A stretch of DNA of 12,459 nt from Deltaproteobacteria bacterium TL4. Lineage in GTDB: Bacteria; SAR324; NAC60-12. Shown here in pieces: positions 1 through 6,948 of the stretch (position 1 is the stretch's first letter; every line of letters starts with the position of its first letter). The notes beneath the pieces are model-generated. The model worked only from the letters and a program-made list of their open reading frames with translations. It was not told the origin of the DNA and made no database searches. The translations under genes were made by a program, and so were the position numbers. The stretch is from contig JBBCAX010000330.1 of the NCBI GenBank assembly GCA_051382335.1, forward strand, positions 1 to 12,459, in the 5' to 3' direction.

Positions 1-194
1 TTGATTCTTCTAAAGGATTAGAGTCTGATTGCATGGTTCATTCGGGTGAGAGGGTTAACATGATTTTTGAAAAATTGTTAATACACTACTCCTGATTGAG
101 TTGCAATTTCTACTAATTTTTAGACAGGGTGGCCGAACTTACGACCAAGCCCGAAATGACTGAATCAGAAGGCTGATTTTATAGGAGAAAAACT

Positions 195-614
195 ATGGAT
201 GAAGTTCGGTCTCAAGTCAAACTAAGAAATTATGGAAGTGTCTGGGCTTCTGAAAGAGGATATATTTCAAAGGAAGAGATTCCTCATTCAGAATTAGATA
301 TGTTGGTAGATACAGGCGCTGTATTGTTGATGTTGCCTCAAGATGAGATTGAAAAGTTGGGATTACAACCCTCTAAAAAAATAGTCGTCACTTATGCGGA
401 TGAGCGTAAAGAAGAGCGCTGGGTAGTTCATGGCGTTGAAATTGCGATTGGAAATCGTTCAATGGTTACGGATGCTATTGTAGGTCCACCTTTATGTGAA
501 CCTTTGTTGGGGCAATTAGTTCTTGAAGAACTGGACCTCTTGGTCGACGCTACTCAAAAAAAACTGATCCCACGTCCTGAGTCTCCTAATTTACCCCTGT
601 TAAAACTTAAATAG
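195..614 (+). CDS. Clan AA (retropepsin-like) aspartic protease, 139 aa
   Basis: Catalytic motif MLVDTGAVLL, flap-like segment VVTYADER, C-terminal PLLGQLVLEELDL (hydrophobic-hydrophobic-Gly); single-domain size; AGGAG SD at 183-187. Confidence 0.88.
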   Translation: MDEVRSQVKLRNYGSVWASERGYISKEEIPHSELDMLVDTGAVLLMLPQDEIEKLGLQPSKKIVVTYADERKEERWVVHGVEIAIGNRSMVTDAIVGPPLCEPLLGQLVLEELDLLVDATQKKLIPRPESPNLPLLKLK

Positions 615-699
615 CATGGGGCAATTCCGCAGTCACACCGAATCTCAAATTGGCCGCACGGTAAAAAGATTTGAGCTGTGCAGGTGATTTTCTTTATTC

Positions 700-811
700 A
701 CGAAGAACACAAGGTAAAAAAGGGAATATTCATAAGAAAACAAGAAAAACAGGATTCCACGGAGGCATTCATTTTGGAAATTATTTTTTTAGTGTCCTTT
801 GTGTTCTTCGT
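700..811. repeat. Inverted-repeat element with ACGAAGAACACAA arms and AT-rich spacer
   Basis: Perfect 13-bp IR ACGAAGAACACAA (700-712) / TTGTGTTCTTCGT (799-811). Arms are purine-rich/pyrimidine-rich short reiterations, similar in design to the CGCAGAG element at 8735-8825. Confidence 0.7.
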
Positions 812-814
812 AGC

Positions 815-1008
815 TATAGACGTTCATTTAAATAAATTCCTTTGAGTCTAACCCCGACTGTGGAGTGCCAAAGCTTGCGTTGGCCAAATCCAAAGAAAGG
901 CCTTCGCCTTTCTGGCCAAAGCAAGCTTTGGCACTCCTGAAACAGCGTTGTTTAAACGGATCTCGCAACAGGATGAGTTTTCTGAATTTATTTAAATGAA
1001 CATCTATA
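815..1008. mobile_element. TA-flanked MITE, copy 1 (IS630/Tc1-mariner-like ends)
   Basis: TATAGACGTTCATTTAAATAAATTC (815-839) / GAATTTATTTAAATGAACATCTATA (984-1008), 24/25 inverted match including terminal TA. Left end is repeated identically at 1682-1706. No transposase ORF inside. Confidence 0.8.
862..937. repeat. REP-like inverted doublet (REPIN-like) with GGAG foot
   Basis: GGAGTGCCAAAGCTTGCGTTGGCCA (862-886) / TGGCCAAAGCAAGCTTTGGCACTCC (913-937), 24/25. Each arm is itself a hairpin (GCCAAAGC-AA-GCTTTGGC). Central hairpin AGAAAGGC-CTTC-GCCTTTCT (894-913). Confidence 0.8.
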
Positions 1009-1065
1009 ATTTAGAAACCACCTGCACAGCTCGAAATATTTTAAGGATTCATTGGGAGAATAAAT

Positions 1066-1482
1066 ATGGGGAAAATTATTCAAAAAGCCTTATTGAAAAA
1101 TACAGGAGATTTAAATATTAAGCAAGAACAGCCAGCCATGGATATTCGTGTGAGAGAACTTGACGTCGAATTTATGGTGGATACAGGAGCGGCGATGGTA
1201 TGCTTACCTGTGAACTTGATTGAGAAATTAGGATTATACCCCATTCAAGAACGTGAGGTAATGACGGCCAATGGCACAGTTATTAGAAGAATCTATAGTC
1301 CTGTTCGTCTCAATATCATGGATCGGGAGATGGATATGAATGTAATGGAATTACCTCTGGGTACCCCTCCTCTTTTGGGATATCTTCCAATGGAAGCGTT
1401 AGATCTCTACCCTAATTTACAAAAACAAATTTTAGAGGGAAATCCCAAATATAATGGAAAAATGATAATTGATTTGTTATAG
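1066..1482 (+). CDS. Clan AA (retropepsin-like) aspartic protease, 138 aa
   Basis: FMVDTGAAMVCLP catalytic motif, VMTANG flap, PLLGYLPMEALDL C-terminal motif; GGGAG SD upstream of ATG. Confidence 0.88.
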   Translation: MGKIIQKALLKNTGDLNIKQEQPAMDIRVRELDVEFMVDTGAAMVCLPVNLIEKLGLYPIQEREVMTANGTVIRRIYSPVRLNIMDREMDMNVMELPLGTPPLLGYLPMEALDLYPNLQKQILEGNPKYNGKMIIDLL

Positions 1483-1490
1483 GATTGTGG

Positions 1491-1602
1491 GGCCATAGTC
1501 ATCGTTTCGCCAAAGAAGAAATCACCCTTCGACTCCGCTCAGGGTGCGAGGCTGTTCCCTGAGCGGAGTCGAAGGGAAACTGGCGAAACGATGACTATAG
1601 CC
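1491..1602. mobile_element. 112-bp MITE with 22-bp TIRs and perfect 8-bp target-site duplication (shell B)
   Basis: GGCCATAGTCATCGTTTCGCCA (1491-1512) / TGGCGAAACGATGACTATAGCC (1581-1602), 21/22. Direct repeat GATTGTGG immediately flanks both ends (1483-1490 and 1603-1610). Confidence 0.85.
1525..1576. repeat. REP-like inverted pair CCCTTCGACTCCGCTCAGGG
   Basis: Perfect 20-bp IR CCCTTCGACTCCGCTCAGGG (1525-1544) / CCCTGAGCGGAGTCGAAGGG (1557-1576) with a 12-nt spacer. Resembles the dispersed CTGAGCGGAGTCGAAG-type bacterial palindromic repeats (recognition from memory). Confidence 0.8.
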
Positions 1603-1681
1603 GATTGTGGAAAAAATAATTGCACAAAATTTGGCAACCCCTATCTCTCCTTGAAACAAGAAGGGGATTAAAATCCTCGAT

Positions 1682-1785
1682 TATAGACGTTCATTTAAAT
1701 AAATTCACAGTAGAAGGAGCGTCCCGCTCCTTGAAAGAGGCGAGACGCCTCTTCTACTTTGTCACTAATTTTCTGAACATCTATA
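1682..1785. mobile_element. TA-flanked MITE, copy 2 (shell C; same TIR family as 815-1008)
   Basis: Left end 1682-1706 is 25/25 identical to 815-839. Right end TGAACATCTATA (1774-1785) is identical to 997-1008. Interior is unrelated to copy 1. Confidence 0.8.
1710..1757. repeat. GTAG-type REP inverted doublet (REPIN-like)
   Basis: GTAG-AAGGAGCG-TCC-CGCTCCTT (1710-1732) and AAGAGGCG-AGA-CGCCTCTT-CTAC (1735-1757): two 8-bp perfect hairpins, each with a 5' GTAG foot on opposite strands, which is canonical REP architecture. Confidence 0.85.
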
Positions 1786-1875
1786 GGTGGGAAATAGTCG
1801 TTTTTACCTCGTCACCACTGAACTGGAAAAAAAGTATTTTCAAGAACAACTCAAAGATTATGTTGAAATTCGTTT

Positions 1876-2469
1876 ATGAAGCAAAAGGCTGTATTTTTAG
1901 ATAGAGATGGAGTTTTAAACGAATCTGCGGTCATTAATGGAAAAGCCTATGCCCCACGCAGTTTGGCCGAGTTTTATATCAATCCCCAAGCAATAGAATT
2001 CATTCCACTTTTAAAGCAAGCTGGTTTTCTGCTGATTGTCGTGTCAAATCAACCCGATGTTGGAAATGGGAAGACTAAACAAGAAATTGTGGAGTCCATG
2101 AATCAACAACTTCAAAGGACCCTTTCCTTGGACAGCATCAAGATGTGCTATCACTCTCAACGGGATGAATGTTTTTGCCGAAAACCTAAAGCAGGAATGT
2201 TGCTTGAGGCTGCTTCAGAGCTTGATATTGATTTTCAACAAAGCTATATGATCGGCGACCGCTGGAGTGACGTTGTCGCTGGGAATATTACTGGCTGTTA
2301 TACCCTCTGGCTCAATCTCGGCTATACGGAACCCATCACCGAACGACCTGGAATGGAGGTTTCCTCATTGAAGGAAGCGGTAGAACATATTCTTTGGCGA
2401 GAGCGACAACTGAAACTACTACAGTGTACAATAAACAAAAGCGAAGGAGAAAGAGAACATGAAATTTAA
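1876..2469 (+). CDS. gmhB: HAD-IIIA phosphatase, D,D-heptose-1,7-bisphosphate phosphatase (GmhB)-like
   Basis: FLDRDGVLN (DxD), VSNQ, Zn-binding CYH...CFCRKP, IGDRWSD motifs; adjacent HldE-like gene. Confidence 0.85.
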   Translation: MKQKAVFLDRDGVLNESAVINGKAYAPRSLAEFYINPQAIEFIPLLKQAGFLLIVVSNQPDVGNGKTKQEIVESMNQQLQRTLSLDSIKMCYHSQRDECFCRKPKAGMLLEAASELDIDFQQSYMIGDRWSDVVAGNITGCYTLWLNLGYTEPITERPGMEVSSLKEAVEHILWRERQLKLLQCTINKSEGEREHEI

Positions 2470-3466
2470 TTCAGTATTTATCACCGGAGGAGCTGGTTAT
2501 TGTGCCAGTCGTTTGGTGCCCCAACTTTTGTTGAAGGGGTATAAGGTTACGGTGTATGACATTATGTACTTTGGAAATGATTTTTTGCCTAAATCGGATC
2601 CCAATCTTACCATCATTGAAGGAGATATTCGAGATGTCCCAAAACTCGAGGCAGCCTGTCGTCATCATGATGCTTTTGTGAGTTTGGCCTGTATTTCAAA
2701 TGATGCCAGTTTTGAGCTGGATGAAAAGTTATCAACCAGTGTTAATCTTGATGCTTTTGAGCCCATGGTAATGGCCGCTAAACGGTCCGGAATCAAACGT
2801 TTTGTCTATGCCTCCTCCAGCTCTGTCTATGGTGTTTCGGATAAGCCTGATGTTATGGAAGATCATCCGCTTGTGCCGTTGACGCTCTACAATAAATACA
2901 AAGGCATGTGTGAGCCCCTCCTAAAAAAGCATACGACTGATAATTTTATTGGTGTGATCTTTCGTCCCGCGACGGTTTGTGGCTATGCCCCGCGTCAAAG
3001 ACTTGATTTATCCGTTAATATTTTGACCAATCATGCCGTCAATAAAAACAAAATTACGGTATTTGGCGGTGATCAAATGAGGCCAAATCTCCATGTTCAG
3101 GATTATTGTGATACGGTAGAATTACTTTTGACGGTTCCAACTGAAAAAATTCAAAATGAAATTTTTAATGTTGGGTATCAAAACATGTCCATCAAGGATA
3201 TTGCGCTTGTTGTAAAAAGGGTTGTTCAGGAGGAGTTTCCTGAAAAAGGGGAAATCGGGATTGTGACAACCCCGAGTGATGACAATCGTTCCTACCACAT
3301 CAACTCAGATAAAATTAAAAGAGTCTTGGGATATACACCCCAATATTCTGTGGAAGACGCGGTTCGAGAGTTATGCAAGTCCTTCAAGGAAGGACTGCTT
3401 CCGAACAGTTTTGATGACGACAAATACTTCAATGTCCGAAGACTGAAGAGAAAGCAGGCTGTATGA
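2459..3466 (+). CDS. NAD-dependent epimerase/dehydratase (extended SDR)
   Basis: ITGGAGYCAS Rossmann motif, ASSSSVYG, catalytic YNKYK (YxxxK); overlaps upstream gene by 11 bp. Confidence 0.9.
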   Translation: MKFNSVFITGGAGYCASRLVPQLLLKGYKVTVYDIMYFGNDFLPKSDPNLTIIEGDIRDVPKLEAACRHHDAFVSLACISNDASFELDEKLSTSVNLDAFEPMVMAAKRSGIKRFVYASSSSVYGVSDKPDVMEDHPLVPLTLYNKYKGMCEPLLKKHTTDNFIGVIFRPATVCGYAPRQRLDLSVNILTNHAVNKNKITVFGGDQMRPNLHVQDYCDTVELLLTVPTEKIQNEIFNVGYQNMSIKDIALVVKRVVQEEFPEKGEIGIVTTPSDDNRSYHINSDKIKRVLGYTPQYSVEDAVRELCKSFKEGLLPNSFDDDKYFNVRRLKRKQAV

Positions 3467-4467
3467 CCATCGCCCCTATTGCCATCGTCACGGGTGGTGC
3501 CGGTTTTATCGGCAGTCACATGGTAGACTTGCTGCTTGATCAGGGCTTCAAAGTTCGTGTGATTGATAACCTGTCAGGTGGTCATGAACGTAACCTGGCT
3601 CATCATGCCAATAATTCAGATCTTCAATTGGAAAAATCAGACATCTGTCAGCTAGAGTCTGAAAATAGTCTTTTCAAGGGAGCAAAATACGTATTCCATT
3701 TTGCGGGCATTGGTGACATTGTTCCTTCTATCGAACGACCAATCGCGTATATGAACACGAATGTGCAAGGTACAGTGAGGGTTCTTGAAGCGTCTCGTTC
3801 TGCAAAAATAGAAAAGTTCGTTTATGCCGCTTCCTCATCTTGTTATGGATTGGCTGCCACTCCTACTCGTGAAGATCACCCCGTATCTCCTCAGTATCCT
3901 TACGCTCTCAGCAAATATCAGGGGGAACAGGCAGCGTTTCATTGGCATCAAGTTTATGGATTGCCGGTGAATTCCATTCGAATTTTTAACGCGTATGGTA
4001 CTCGTGTCCGGACTACAGGCGTGTATGGTGCTGTTTTCGGTGTGTTTTTTAAGCAGAAACTCGCAAACAAGCCCTTTACCGTGGTAGGGGATGGTACCCA
4101 AACTCGTGATTTTCTCTATGTGACCGATATTGCCAAAGCGTTCCTGGCAGCCGCGACCGCTCAACATACTGGCCAAATCTATAATCTGGGCGCTGGGAAC
4201 CCACAGAGTATTAATCGATTGGTTGAACTGATTGGCGGGACGGTCGTCTATTTACCTAAACGTCCAGGAGAACCGGATTGCACTTGGGCTGATATCCGTA
4301 AAATTACAACGGAACTGAACTGGAAACCCAGGGTACCGTTTGAGGATGGCGTCGCGAAAATGATGCGAGAAATTGACAACTGGCGTGATGCCCCGCTATG
4401 GGACCCTTTATCCATTGCTGGCGCGACTAAAACCTGGTTTCAGTTTATGGACAAAAATCAAAAATAA
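3463..4467 (+). CDS. NAD-dependent epimerase/dehydratase (extended SDR, GalE/WbpP-like)
   Basis: VTGGAGFIG, AASSSCYG, YALSK (YxxxK), GDGTQTRDF; ATGA overlap with previous gene. Confidence 0.92.
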   Translation: MTIAPIAIVTGGAGFIGSHMVDLLLDQGFKVRVIDNLSGGHERNLAHHANNSDLQLEKSDICQLESENSLFKGAKYVFHFAGIGDIVPSIERPIAYMNTNVQGTVRVLEASRSAKIEKFVYAASSSCYGLAATPTREDHPVSPQYPYALSKYQGEQAAFHWHQVYGLPVNSIRIFNAYGTRVRTTGVYGAVFGVFFKQKLANKPFTVVGDGTQTRDFLYVTDIAKAFLAAATAQHTGQIYNLGAGNPQSINRLVELIGGTVVYLPKRPGEPDCTWADIRKITTELNWKPRVPFEDGVAKMMREIDNWRDAPLWDPLSIAGATKTWFQFMDKNQK

Positions 4468-4474
4468 GGTTGCT

Positions 4475-6037
4475 ATGAGTATGGAATTTTTTGAAAAGTA
4501 TCGCTACAAATTGAAAACCCCAATGGAATTGCTTCAAATTGTGGGAAATCGACCTCGACGGAAAAAAATAATTCTTTGTCATGGGGTCTTTGATGTTGTT
4601 CATCCAGGTCATGTTCGGCATTTAGCTTATGCGAAAACCAAAGCCGAGATTCTTGTTGTAAGCATCACTGCGGATCGTCATATTAAAAAAGGAATTTATC
4701 GCCCGCATATTCCCGAAGGTCTTCGCGCACTGAACCTTGCCGCGTTTGAAATGGTTGATTATGTGATCATTGATGGAGAAGCGAAACCCTTGGAAAATTT
4801 GGCTCTGATTCAGCCGGATTATTTTGCCAAGGGGTTTGAGTATACATCAGGGGGTTTGCCTCCAGCGACACAGGAAGAGGCTGATATAGTTGAAGCATAT
4901 GGTGGACAGATGATTTTCACTCCAGGTGATGTTGTCTATTCCTCTTCAAAATTTATAAACCTGGCACTCCCACAAGTCCAACTTGAAAAGCTATTATGGC
5001 TCATGCAGAACAATGAGGTTACCTTTTCTTCTTTACGTCAGATCTTGGGACAATTAGGGAATTATCATGTTCACGTTTTAGGCGATACGATTGTAGACTC
5101 CTATACTCGAACCAATTTGATTGGTGGACAGACTAAAACCCCTACATTTAGTGTTCTTTATCAAGGACATGATGATTACATTGGAGGTGCGGGTATTGTC
5201 GCGCAACATCTGAGGGCTGCTGGCGCTAAAGTCACTCTTTCCACAATATTGGGCAACGACGCGTTGCAAAAGTTTGTTGTTGAAGGTTTTAAAAATTCAG
5301 GTGTGGAGTTAGATCCTGTTATTGATGAGACTCGTCCAACGACCAATAAAAATGCCATTATTGCTGGAGGCTATCGGCTCCTCAAAATTGATACGTTGGA
5401 TAATCGACCAATTTCTGAAGAAATTCTTGAAAAATTAGTGGGTTCCATCAAACAATCTCCTGCCGATGCCATCGTTTTTAGCGATTTTCGTCATGGAATT
5501 TTTAATCGAATGAGTGTGCCCTTGCTTACGGAAGCCATTCCCTCCAAAGCATTTCGTGTGGCGGATAGCCAAGTGGCTAGTCGCTGGGGCAATATCACAG
5601 AATTCAAAGGTTTTGATCTGATTACTCCAAATGAACGGGAGTCGCGTTTTGCTTTAGCTGACCAGGATTCAACTATTGGAAGCCTTTCCAGTTTATTGCA
5701 GGAAGCTGCTCAATATAAAAACCTGATTCTCAAACTGGGCGAACGTGGAATTTTTTGTGTCAGCCCGAGCCCTTCCGCCAAAGATTCCTATTTTTCCATT
5801 GACTCATTTACCTCCAATGTTATTGACGCAGTGGGTGCTGGTGATGCGCTACTGGCCTATTCCACCCTGGCTATGTTGGCTAGCGGGTCCTTAGTGATTG
5901 CGGGAATCTTGGGGGCTATGGCTGCCGCTTGCGAGTGTGAGATTGACGGCAACATTCCTGTCCGGCCCGAAAATGTTTTAGCAAAGATTGACTCCGTTGA
6001 AAAGATGGCCTCTTACTCTTCCAAGGAGGGTGCTTGA
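4475..6037 (+). CDS. Bifunctional nucleotidyltransferase (N-term) / PfkB-family sugar kinase (C-term), HldE/RfaE-like
   Basis: HGVFDVVHPGH (HxGH, 4601-4612) cytidylyltransferase-family motif; C-terminal GGAG, ITPNERE, DAVGAGD (5825-5845) ribokinase motifs. Start moved from 4373 to ATG 4475 (or 4481) to avoid a 95-bp overlap. Confidence 0.88.
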   Translation: MSMEFFEKYRYKLKTPMELLQIVGNRPRRKKIILCHGVFDVVHPGHVRHLAYAKTKAEILVVSITADRHIKKGIYRPHIPEGLRALNLAAFEMVDYVIIDGEAKPLENLALIQPDYFAKGFEYTSGGLPPATQEEADIVEAYGGQMIFTPGDVVYSSSKFINLALPQVQLEKLLWLMQNNEVTFSSLRQILGQLGNYHVHVLGDTIVDSYTRTNLIGGQTKTPTFSVLYQGHDDYIGGAGIVAQHLRAAGAKVTLSTILGNDALQKFVVEGFKNSGVELDPVIDETRPTTNKNAIIAGGYRLLKIDTLDNRPISEEILEKLVGSIKQSPADAIVFSDFRHGIFNRMSVPLLTEAIPSKAFRVADSQVASRWGNITEFKGFDLITPNERESRFALADQDSTIGSLSSLLQEAAQYKNLILKLGERGIFCVSPSPSAKDSYFSIDSFTSNVIDAVGAGDALLAYSTLAMLASGSLVIAGILGAMAAACECEIDGNIPVRPENVLAKIDSVEKMASYSSKEGA

Positions 6038-6948
6038 GAGTTATCGTTGTTGGCTTGGGAGTTCAGGGCTATAAACGTCGTCTGCATGCAGGAACCGACT
6101 ATGTAACCTGTGTGGATCCTGTAAACAAGGAAGCCGAGTATCGTAATTTAGAGGAGGTACCACTTGAAATTTACGATGCTGTACTTGCTTGTGTGCCCGA
6201 CGATCCTAAAATGACTCTCTTGCGTTATTGTTTGAACCATAAAAAACAGGTGCTGGTAGAAAAACCTCTATGGTCAGCAAGAGACGAAGAGATTCTTGAG
6301 CTTGAAAAACTGGCTCATGCCCAGGGTGTGGTCTGTTATACGGCCTATAATCACCGTTTTGAACCCCATTTTGTCAGAATGGGGGATCTGATAGCATCAG
6401 GTGAACTCGGCAGAATCTATAGTTGCAGAATGTTTTACGGAAACGGTACGGCAAGATTGGTTCGTGAGAGTGTTTGGCGTGACCAGGGCGCAGGCGTGTT
6501 ACCAGATTTAGGTTCTCATCTTTTGGATACCTGTAGATTTTGGTTTGGAAACGAGCTGGGTCTCTTCAGACTTGCTTCCGCCCATCGTTTTGAAAATCAG
6601 GCACCAGATCATGTAATCATCAGTTCTGAAGATCACGCTCCCAGAATTGAACTGGAAATGACTCTCTGTATGTGGCGAAATCACTTCACCTGTGACATTC
6701 TTGCTGAGAAAGGTACGGCACATATTGAGTCCCTCTGTAAATGGGGGCCTAGTATCTTTACTCACCGTACACGAATTCTACCTTCAGGACGACCCACAGA
6801 AAACCAGATAACTCTGGTACAGCCAGATCCCACTTGGGCAAGTGAGTATCAGCACTTCAAGCAGCTTGTAGAAATGAAGGCAAAAACTGACTTATCCCAT
6901 GATTTTTGGCTTCAGACAAACCTTCGCAGACTAGGAGCAGGCGTTTAA
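6034..6948 (+). CDS. Gfo/Idh/MocA family oxidoreductase
   Basis: VVGLGVQG Rossmann, VLVEKP, AYNHRF, GAGVLPDLGSHLLD motifs; TTG start overlapping upstream TGA with AAGGAGG SD. Confidence 0.9.
   Translation: MRVIVVGLGVQGYKRRLHAGTDYVTCVDPVNKEAEYRNLEEVPLEIYDAVLACVPDDPKMTLLRYCLNHKKQVLVEKPLWSARDEEILELEKLAHAQGVVCYTAYNHRFEPHFVRMGDLIASGELGRIYSCRMFYGNGTARLVRESVWRDQGAGVLPDLGSHLLDTCRFWFGNELGLFRLASAHRFENQAPDHVIISSEDHAPRIELEMTLCMWRNHFTCDILAEKGTAHIESLCKWGPSIFTHRTRILPSGRPTENQITLVQPDPTWASEYQHFKQLVEMKAKTDLSHDFWLQTNLRRLGAGV

Larger units (their letters stand above)
673..1032. mobile_element. Outer MITE-like shell (shell A) enclosing two further elements
   Basis: Perfect 14-bp inverted repeat GAGCTGTGCAGGTG (673-686) / CACCTGCACAGCTC (1019-1032), extending imperfectly inward (ATTTTCT / AGAAAC). 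Flanks AAAAGATTT (664-672) and GAAATATTT (1033-1041) match 7/9, a possible degenerate target duplication. Confidence 0.6.

Noticed and set aside
105..125. AATTTCTACT...TAGAC resembling a Cas12a direct repeat
   Set aside because: Single copy, the TCTAC/GTAGA stem is not completed, no spacers or cas genes.
55..180. Weak dyads and hairpins upstream of protease 1 (TTAACA..TGTTAA; AATCAG-AAGG-CTGATT; CTGATTGAG..CGAAA hammerhead-like words)
   Set aside because: Short AT-rich or imperfect stems; the hammerhead core CUGANGA is not matched and the required helices are not evident.
1605..1627. TTGTGG...GCACAA dyad / DnaA-box-like TGTGGAAAA
   Set aside because: Spacing fits neither CRP nor Rex sites, only one box matches the DnaA consensus, and it overlaps the TSD of shell B.
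815..1706. Identical 25-mers at 815 and 1682 as CRISPR repeats
   Set aside because: 867 bp apart and each has an inverted partner; they are TIRs, not an array.
1620..1904. 94-aa ORF on + strand
   Set aside because: TTG start without SD; runs through MITE shell C and the GTAG REP doublet and overlaps gmhB; no recognisable motif. Most likely spurious.
4373..4474. N-terminal extension of the HldE-like ORF (likewise 6906-6947 for the dehydrogenase)
   Set aside because: TTG starts inside the upstream genes; downstream ATGs give short spacing or coupling with SD-like sequences.
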